Shown piece by piece: positions 55,222 to 64,000 of a stretch of DNA of 64,000 nt. Source of the DNA: Octopus sinensis (lineage: Eukaryota); the NCBI RefSeq assembly GCF_006345805.1, contig NC_043011.1, positions 35,910,464-35,974,463 of the forward strand, written 5' to 3'. Under the pieces are notes generated by a model. That model did not search any database and had not been told where the DNA came from. It worked only from the letters and a program-made list of their open reading frames with translations. The stretch's first letter is position 1. Each line of letters opens with the position of its first letter. The translations under genes were made by a program, and so were the position numbers.

Positions 55222-55392
55222 ACAAGGCCAATAGTTTTGGGGAAAGGAATATGTTGATTAAATCAACCACAATGTCCTCCTGGTACTTATTTTATCGACC
55301 GCGAAAGGAATTTGAACACAGAACGCAAAGACGGACGAAATGCCGCTAAGCATTTTGTCCGGTGTGTTAATGATTCTGTCAGCTCACCTCCT
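55222..55392 (-). mobile_element. SINE family A with internal deletion
   Basis: TGGTACTTATTTTATCGACC..GACGAAATGCCGCTAAGCATTT..CAGCTCACC. Confidence 0.75.
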
Positions 55393-55545
55393 TTTGAAAT
55401 CGTTATATTGTAAGCCTGATTGCGTTGTAATAGCAGAGATTCGATCCGGAAACCTATACTTCGTTATCTAAACACTGGCTAAAATATAATAAACTACGAT
55501 TAAATTTCATACATATAACTTGTATGGAAAATGGGAACGATCTAT

Positions 55546-55634
<89 letters not shown>

Positions 55635-55703
55635 TGCCGAACGATCATGTGAGTGCTGAACACCGCATTGGTGGATATATAATTTCTTTATATCTGATAT
55701 ATA

Positions 55704-55779
<76 letters not shown>

Positions 55780-55920
55780 GTCCTTTGAAAGACTGAGTAT
55801 TTCAAAATGCAGCCCCCAACCCGAACTTCAGCCTATCTACGTTCTCGGATCTTAAGTAAAATCGAAATACTTAAGTTGTAGAAAATCCAGGTGTCACAAT
55901 GGTAAGAACCATTATTGATG

Positions 55921-56037
55921 CAGGTCTGAAGAAGTGCCCCTCTAATGTTTAAAACCCCAAATATGTCAAATTTTCCCATGGAACTTTTTTGTAAACTGGC
56001 GTTAAAAACAGTATTGGTAAGAAACAATTGTAACTGG
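55921..56037 (+). ncRNA. Type-I hammerhead-like motif with long domain II
   Basis: CAGGT-CTGAAGA-AG-TGCC...GGTA-A-GAAAC-AATT-GTA-ACTGG; same ACAAUUGU helix III as at 7235. Confidence 0.45.
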
Positions 56038-56119
56038 TCATTAAAGATGTGATAAATTCATTCTTTGTCTTCCTCTTTGGATTTTGTGTGTGTGTGTGTA
56101 TGTGTGTGTGTGTGTGTGG

Positions 56120-56175
<56 letters not shown>

Positions 56176-57994
56176 ACAGACTCTTTGGCATAATTATATA
56201 TATATATACTGATAGGTATATATTTGTACCTGTGATTTGCAAACTTGTATTGAGCAAGAGATAAATGTTTACAAAAGCCATCGTTACCAATTTTCCCTAT
56301 TATACATCCACGGGCGATAAGATAAATGCTAGCCTATGCACTGGAGCTGGTTCAATCGACTGACCTATCTCCTCAAGCGTATTGTATGAGGAATCCGTAC
56401 TTTTACTAGAGAGAATATATAAACGAAGAAAGCCTAGAAACACATATATAAGCTTAGTGAAACTTTCATGTACATTAAATTTTCGACGTTGTTGTTGTTT
56501 AACTTCCTATCAGCCCTGAATAAAAAGTCCTATGATTAAAAGCCACGTCATGTTTGAAAGTGTATACAAGACTGTTGTCTTTCAAATATGGCTGCGTGTG
56601 ATCTGAGGTGATTTCGTGGCTATTTCCTGCAAGTCATTTCAACTTCATGGACGGCTTCACATCGTTTCATCTGTAGACATTAACTTTCGATCAGCTCTGT
56701 TTAAACATCCTTCTCATCAAAAGCGTTTCATCCATGACCAATCGGTCTTATTTGGGGACACTGTGTATCTAAGACATCTGTATAGCCCCATCAGATATTC
56801 TTTCGCTTATCTTTCTTCAATAAAATTACCACACAAATAACTTTTATTCCCGTTACAGGTAGAATTTAAATTTATTTAAAATCTTCCGGGCTTGAAACAT
56901 TTGTCTGGAGCGCTTTGTCAATGGTTCTTATCTCATTACCAACATTCTTCTGTCTTAATGACTGCAACACTTAACATTCAATGGCTTATTCAACCTGGAT
57001 GTAAATAAGCACCATGATCAGGTACAGCATTTACCCTAAGCAGTGACAAGCCTGCATAATTAACGATTAATTTGTTAGCTGTCATCTCTGAGTTTCAATA
57101 CGTTACTAAACAATACAGTGTAATAAACACTTTCAGGATACAGTATTGTCTCACAAATTGGGCGAGCAAATTCTGCCAAAATTTCTCTCTTCTAATTCCT
57201 TCCTATAACTGAATTCATGATAAGTTGTGAGAAAGTTTACTTAATATATTATATATGATCTAATTTGTTTAGAATTCTTCGAAAAAAATGTTAACTTTCT
57301 AGGCGTGTTCTAAGATTGGTCTGCAAGTATATTATTTTTCTATCGTCTAAAGCCTGATTCTTGCATTCAAGCAGTCGGAGCGGATTAAGGTTTTTCTTCA
57401 ATATCGTCTTCATGAATAGATGCATGATCCAAATAATGTTGAGTGACAGTTATTTCCCAGTAATACATTCTTTATCTTTTAATTACCAGCATACTAAGCG
57501 TTGTAGCGTTAACAAAGATAAGGTATTAGAATTCGTTTATACCATATTGCAAGCAATAACATAGTTTAATTCCCTCCAAGCCATATTTTCAGTGCAGTTA
57601 AGCATCGTAAGGTCAACATAGAATTATTTTGCAAGAATATAAAAAGAAATTGCAGGCGAAGAGTGAAGTATCTCCAACGGTTCAGTGTGTTCGTTCTTTA
57701 GTAAACAGAATTCTTCTTCGACATCTACATACGTTTCCACAAAGTGTATTCTACAGCGTAAAAGATATTGTCACTCAACACTGGCAATTCTATTTTCCCC
57801 ATTGAGTAAACAGAAGCTTACTAGATAAATGATTCCGAAATCGTGTACCGTGGTGCACTGATGCGCATGGAGATGCATTGAAACTTTTCAAAACTATAAT
57901 TTGCAGTTTTAGAAATTCCATATAAACGTTTGAGCGTCTTGGAACATTCTGTTCATTCTTTTCTTATACACAAAAAACAACCAGCTTTCAAATT

Positions 57995-58290
57995 CGCTGA
58001 GGTCGACAATGTCTTTCTGAGTCGATAAATTAAGTGTCAGTTGCGTACTGGGGTCGATCTAATCGACTGCCCCGCCCCCCAAAAAATTTCGGGCTTTGTA
58101 ACTAGAATAGAAAAAGAAATTCGGGAAAAAGTGCTCTGTGTTATTCGTTCTAGCTCGTTACGGTTTGAGTTCAAATTACGCCGAGGCCAGCTTTGCCTTT
58201 TATCCCACCAGACTCAATGAAGTAAGAATCAAGTATTGGGGTCAATGGAATCGACTGACCCAATCCCTTTAAAAGAAAATGTCCTGTGAT
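57995..58290 (+). mobile_element. Two partial family A SINE units
   Basis: TTCAAATTCGCTGAGGTCGAC..GTCGATAAATTAAG and GAGTTCAAATTACGCCGAGG. Confidence 0.7.
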
Positions 58291-58325
58291 AAACTCAGAA
58301 ACGATTACACTTTGTTTTTATATAT

Positions 58326-58578
58326 CTTTTTATCCTTTACTTGTTTTAGTCATTTGACTGTGGCCATGCTGGAGCACCGCCTGGAAGAATTTTAGTAGAA
58401 CTAATCGCCGACCCCAGTCCTTAATTTCTTTTTTAAGCCATGTATTTATTCTCTCGGTCTCTTTGGGGAATCACTAAGTTACGGGGACGTAAACACATCA
58501 ACACCGGTTGTCAAGTGGTGGTCTCACACACACATGTGCATACACACACACATACATACATATATATATGTATGTATG

Positions 58579-58623
<45 letters not shown>

Positions 58624-58803
58624 TATATATATGCACACACACGTGGGGCTTTTTCGTTTTCCATCTGCCAAATCCACTCACAAGGCTTTGGTCAGCCCGA
58701 GGCCATATTGGAAGACTGTTGCCTAAGTTGACATGCAGTGGGGATGAAGCAGGAACCATGTGGTTGGGAAGCAAACTTCTTACCACACAGCCACGCCTGT
58801 GCC
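58326..58803 (-). mobile_element. SINE family B
   Basis: Tail, internal (TA)n, core and head in reverse. Confidence 0.85.
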
Positions 58804-58812
58804 TATACATAA

Positions 58813-58859
<47 letters not shown>

Positions 58860-58923
58860 CATATAATTAGTGAATGGAAGAAATGAAGTTGAACGAAGAT
58901 TGTACAGAATTCCTTTTATTACA

Positions 58924-59003
58924 TTCTACACATGTTTCAAAGGCCACAATTTTCCAAGTTCTGATTAAATAAGGATACCATATTGCAGCTTTCTCTTCAG
59001 GAA
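58924..59003 (-). ncRNA. Type-I hammerhead-like motif
   Basis: Revcomp TTC-CTGAAGA-G-AAAG...CTTT-GAAAC-ATGT-GTA-GAA; intact core, only 3-bp helix I. Confidence 0.45.
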
Positions 59004-59664
59004 AAACCAGGAATTACGTTGTCAGAACAAAACAAAACAAAGGCGCAGCAAAGCAATTCGAACGAGGACGCTCCTTAAGAGTCCATAGGTAAAATGTTTA
59101 TCAATGTACGTTGAAATCAGGGGGATGGTGGGGGCCGACAAAAAGGTCCGTTGGAATAAATCAAGGTCAGGCCGCGGTCAAATCTAGTAGGTGAGGAATT
59201 AATGAGAACAAGGGGTGTGGAGATGTTCTGTGTGACCAAAGTTAATGTTCTGAATACCCAGGTATCGGTTAAACTTTTGAGTAATCCGTAACAAGATAAT
59301 TCATCTTTCCATTTCAACAAATATATATATATATGCGCGCATCCACACTCATATGCATATGTGTATGTGTACACATACACATACACGCACAAGCACACAC
59401 ACACACACATATATATATATATACAAAAGATATATAGGGTAGCGAATATTTATAAAAATTTCACTACCAGTGGCCTAGCATGTATAAAAAATCAATAGAC
59501 AACATATTCTCAATATAAAATAGTGTACATTTAAACATAAGAGAAAACTATCTTTTACGGGTAATTTTTACACCCTAGAAGAAGCAGTCAAAACGACCAA
59601 AACCACATCTAAAAGCAACTTTCGAAGGGAATGAAAAATAAAAACTTTTACCTTGTTATTTTTT

Positions 59665-59737
59665 ACGGTTACACCTACGTTTCAGATTTCTTTAGCAAAT
59701 AAAATAATTTGCTAGGCGAATCCTCATCAGTAACCGT
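59665..59737 (-). ncRNA. Type-I hammerhead motif with GUG triplet, inside ~65-bp inverted repeats
   Basis: Revcomp ACGGTTA-CTGATGA-GGATT-CGCC-TAGCAAAT(TATTTT)ATTTGCTA-AAGA-AATCT-GAAAC-GTAG-GTG-TAACCGT; IR 59521-59586 vs 59817-59881. Confidence 0.7.
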
Positions 59738-59887
59738 GCCTTAACAACTAACATATAATTTAGAGACAAATAGCACGTGTCACATCATTATATGGTATAA
59801 TTTTTCAAAATGCAGCGCTTCTTGTAGCGTGTAAAAATTACCTGTTAAAGGTAGTTTTCTCTTGTGTTTAAATGTACACTATATATA

Positions 59888-59956
<69 letters not shown>

Positions 59957-60304
59957 TACACACACACACACACACAAGTATATATATATATATATATATA
60001 TGTCAATTTTTTCTATATTTTACGTTTGTTCTAAATTTACACCTTGAAGACACTTTTTTCTCTCTACATGCCAAGTGTGACGATAGTTTTTTTTTTTTTC
60101 TTCTTTTTGATCTCCAATGTGCCTCGAAATTGATTGAGAACCGCTTAAGAAATGGATGTCTTTCTTGAAGCATAACCTCTCACCACAATGCGATAAGAGT
60201 CTGAAACTTTATTTTATGGTTCAAAAGATATATTGATCTATTAAGTATGTGCGATGAAGATTAATATTTTCGAATCCAAAATACTATCATCGTACGTACT
60301 TTTG

Positions 60305-60510
60305 AGGCAGCGAGCCGGTAGAATCGTTGGTACGCCAGGCGAACTTCTTAGCGGCATTTCGACCGTATTTATGTTCTGAGTTCAAATTCCACGGAGGTCG
60401 ACTTTGCCTTTCATCCTTTCGGGGTCGATAAAATAAATACCAGTTGAGTATTGGGTTCGCTGCAATCGACTAGCCCCTTACCTGAAATTGTCGGCATTAT
60501 GCCAAAATGG
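60305..60510 (+). mobile_element. SINE family A
   Basis: GGCAGCGAGCCGGTAGAATCGTT..CTTTCATCCTTTCGGGGTCGATAAAATAAATACC. Confidence 0.85.
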
Positions 60511-62702
60511 TTATTAATTCTGCCAGAAATATTAACCAAATCTCTTTCCTTTAAACGAACCCTTACTAGCTTAAAGAAAATGGCAGGAAATAGCATCTAA
60601 AGTAATAATGTCCTGCCACAGGTGTAGTGCATTTGGTAATTGATTTTGCTCAGTAAGTTCCAATGCTTAATCAATATTCAATTGAATTTTCAATTTCAAA
60701 AGTTATATTTAAAATGGAGATCAAAGTGTATCGTTTACAATTAATTCTATGCATCACCTTACCCCGAAGTTGCCGGCTTTATGTCAAAATATAAAACCAC
60801 GATATATGCTTGTATATGAGCTCGCTCACTTCGTACACTGAATTCCTCATACAACCGATTATATGCTTGAAGTGTTCAGTTTGATAATATATGATGTTCA
60901 GTTTGATAATATAAGCCCGTGAGTTCTGTTGCCAGATGATTAACCCGGACAGTATTGACTGAAAAGAAAGAAGATTTCTGTCTAAAATAAGAGTATATTA
61001 TCACAAATGGAAAGCTCATGATCTTAGATTTGTTCAATAAGTGCAAATACGTGATGTTTGTTTCCATTCTGCTGGTTGCGGGTCTCCAAGAACGTTCGTC
61101 AATATCGACATTTTTCGGTCATCTTGGAAACGTCTGAACCACTCGTACACTTCTGTGCGGCTCATGCACTCCTCTCCATACACTTTCTGCAACTATATGT
61201 TGGCCTCTGAGCAGGTATCGCCATGACAACGTTTTCTGTCATCGTCAATACGACGATCACACGCTACACACTTTCCTACCAAGCATTGCTGTAAATAGCA
61301 GAAGTGAACTAGAACGTTAGATCTTAGTGTGCATGCACAGCAAAGTTCAAGGTCAATCAGTACCAAGCGGCTTTACTCTGCGTGCTTTAGCTTCGTTACT
61401 GTGGAACAATTAGTATACATATTGATCAGACCTCGTATTGTGCCTTCAAGCAAGACACTTTATTTCACGTTGCCTCAGACCAGTCGACCCAGGTAAAAAA
61501 ACTTTCAGCCAAATGTTGGTGCCACCTCCCTCTTTACACAACTGCCACATCCCAAATGTTTCAGGGGGGCCAAGCTTGGGGGTGGGGTCAAGAGAGTGTA
61601 TGTATCTGCTGATACCTACGAGAGCACCTAAGACCATTAGCGAAAGCATGGTACATGCTGTCAAGTCTTATTCACTGCCGGGTCAGGGCTGTACTAGAGA
61701 AGAAACCGGTACCATTAGAGAACCTATTTTCTTTCTCAGAAATTCAGATTTCAAATTAGTACCTGATCAACATTACTGCGTTTATATTTATAATATACGT
61801 TTCAATAATGTATATTATGCATACTTGCTTTCAATGCATAAAGGATTCTACTTCACTTATACCTTTTGAGAAAAAGCTTAAATGTCATACCATTGTCTTA
61901 TTTGAAAGTATTAAGTATGTTGCTTAAGTGAGACACTATTATTATTGTTGCTGAGTGTGCTGTTGTCATTTTTAATGACATTTTTGCAAAGGGCATTTTT
62001 ATAAAAGCCGTAAATATTGAGGCAATTAATTGTTTTCCTTTCTAAGAATAAGCAGAATTGAATTCGCTTAGAAATTATTCAGCCCGAAGAATGTGAAGTA
62101 ATAATGCCTTTTGAGATTCTATTGTCAAAATAAAAATAATCTGCTAATAGACTGTAGAATGCAGGCAACTCTAAGTTAATTTCTGAAGTTTCTAGGACAG
62201 ATGAGACAAGATCACATCACGTTCGTATCTTGGTGAATATGCAGACCTGAAGTAAAATGATTAAAGCCGCGAATCAAAATCAACGAAGCATCTTTACATA
62301 GACGTTAGGTCTGCTAAAAGCATGTAACCGAATCCACACCCGATCATCCCACAGAAGACCTAAATATATTAGGCTTGACGAAAGTGCGGGATGGTCACGT
62401 CCGTTGTGCAAAGGCTTCCTGGATCAGGACTGAACTACTATTGCTAATCTCGATACAGTTATTAATTCTGCTAGAAATATTAGCCAAATCTCTTTCTTTC
62501 AATCGAAATACTATTGGATTAAAGAAAATGGAAGGAAATAATGCCTGAAATAATGTCTTGTCTCAGACGTAGTTCGTTTGGTAATAGATTTTGCTCAGTA
62601 AGTTCCAATGTTTAATCAATATCTAATTAAATGTTTAGTTCAAAAGTTTATTTAAAATGGGGATCAAAATGTATCGTTTACAATTAATTCTATGCATCAC
62701 TT
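60510..62702. repeat. Pair of ~250-bp diverged direct repeats (60510-60760 and 62458-62702)
   Basis: Shared GTTATTAATTCTGC.AGAAATATTA.CCAAATCTCTTTC ... GTATCGTTTACAATTAATTCTATGCATCAC; roughly 80 percent identical by eye. Confidence 0.85.
60880..61435 (-). mobile_element. 5' fragment of a mariner element
   Basis: TA plus left TIR CGAGGTCTGATCAATA (revcomp); HTH segment LQKVYGEECMSRTEVYEWFRRFQD. Confidence 0.8.
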
Positions 62703-64000
62703 AACTACATAACTTTATGTTAAATCTGTTTTACGCCAAGAATTAGGAGTCAGATATAGATTTCACGTTGGCGTTAGATTTAAATACGATTTTAATGGAT
62801 TGGCTTAATACAATATGTGAACAATTAATTCTAAATGTTAGTATTTAAGGTAATAGAAAATAAAATAATTTTCTGTATTACACTTTATCTATGAACTCTT
62901 AAAAGAAAATTTTATTTATATTTCAATGGTTTTAGATCATATTTTATATTCTTTTCTGCATTTTTAATATTTTGAATAATAATTTATATAAGGCGAATAA
63001 AATATATTATTTGAATTATAGAGTTTAATCACTAAAATAATTTGTTTATTCCTCTCAATTTAATGGAAACTAAAACAAAATATTCAAGCTGATAAAAAAA
63101 ATCTTATCAAATGAACTTTGAAAATTGTGAGATATCTTTAATTAGAAATTTAGACGGACGGATGATTCTCACTCTGTTTCGACGATGAGGTTTCAGATGT
63201 TCGATTAACCGAGCTTCCAAGTTAACGTGAAAGTGGCTGGCCCTTTCCATACTCACGTGTTCACTTAACACAATTTTCATACAGAATCGGCGCGAATCAG
63301 TATATGTATGACAAGGCTGCACTTTTGAATTGCGAGTAGGACCCATTTGACGAACTTCTATACAAGTTCACTTACAGAGCATAAGTCAACAAGCGATCAT
63401 AGAAAAATGATAGTTGCTCAAAATGCTGCCTAATGCTACCATTGTGATTGCAAAAAAAACTTCTTAACCATTCGGCTATGCTGGATTACGTCATCGTCAT
63501 ATATCATACGCTTTTACAACACGTCGATGACGCTACAACGAAAATCTTCCCGGTTGAGCGCGTGGTCTCCCATCGGATGAAGCTGAGTTTCATACGAAAT
63601 TTACCGGGCAAATATATTGGGATAGTTTCCCATTGCCTTCCTCAGGTGGATGGCCATTGGCCCAGAAGGAGCTCATCCGCCCTTCTACAGGTCTTGTTTG
63701 TAGTCCTGTTGGGTGTCCAGAAACTTCCTCACAAGAGTAACAAACTACACGATTGGGGGAACTGGTTTAGTCGCTCACCACTCGACCGTGAAATAGGTAG
63801 TACTGATTTACAAGGTACCAATAGCAGGTCTCACCATCCTGTGTCGTGATCCCTGACTGGTACTCATACTGGATCTGCGATTAGAAAGGAAAACCCATCA
63901 CTTATAAATACTTGTTGCCGCCATTTATATTGTTGCTGTCATTTATATTGCTACAAATTAATAAGGTTCAGGCTTAAGCTATAGTAGTCAGCTTCGATTA

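Noticed and set aside
57590-57745. Possible minus-strand terminal exon (HFVETYVDVEEEFCLLK...) after an acceptor-like CTGTAG
   Set aside because: No recognisable homology and no partner exons; the same applies to acceptor-like sites at about 45655 and 54960
61690-61720. GAAACCGGTA hammerhead-like 3' half
   Set aside because: No upstream CUGANGA
60510-62702. LTR retrotransposon interpretation of the direct repeats
   Set aside because: No TG..CA termini, PBS, PPT or gag/pol remnants between them

Overview
AT-rich, microsatellite-saturated animal genomic DNA. It is most likely an Octopus (coleoid cephalopod) intergenic or intronic region, judged from recalled tRNA-derived SINE families; no database search was run. 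I could not support any host protein-coding exon, and almost all listed ORFs are microsatellite or antisense artefacts. Supported content: (i) about 35 copies of four tRNA-derived SINE families; (ii) decayed DNA transposons, namely a DUF4817-type ITm element, two DD37D/maT elements, two mariners (one full-length DD34D, one 5' fragment), a hATm-like transposase and several MITEs; (iii) a young 5'-truncated CR1-group LINE, an R4/Dong 3' end and Helitron-like non-autonomous pieces. The most interesting layer is invisible in the ORF track. About ten type-I hammerhead-ribozyme (HHR) motifs of the Penelope-like-element kind (CUGANGA...GAAA...NUH, short or palindromic helix III) were folded by eye on both strands. 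Most sit in short ORF-less cassettes between microsatellites. They occur as a tandem pair (6.7 and 7.2 kb), inside inverted-repeat foldbacks (46.9 and 59.7 kb), and fused to a head-to-head tRNA-like Pol III promoter pair whose other arm drives an R4/Dong 3' tail (23.0-23.6 kb). Hammerheads in Penelope-like elements are established. These particular architectures may not be described, but all ribozyme activity here is inferred and untested.
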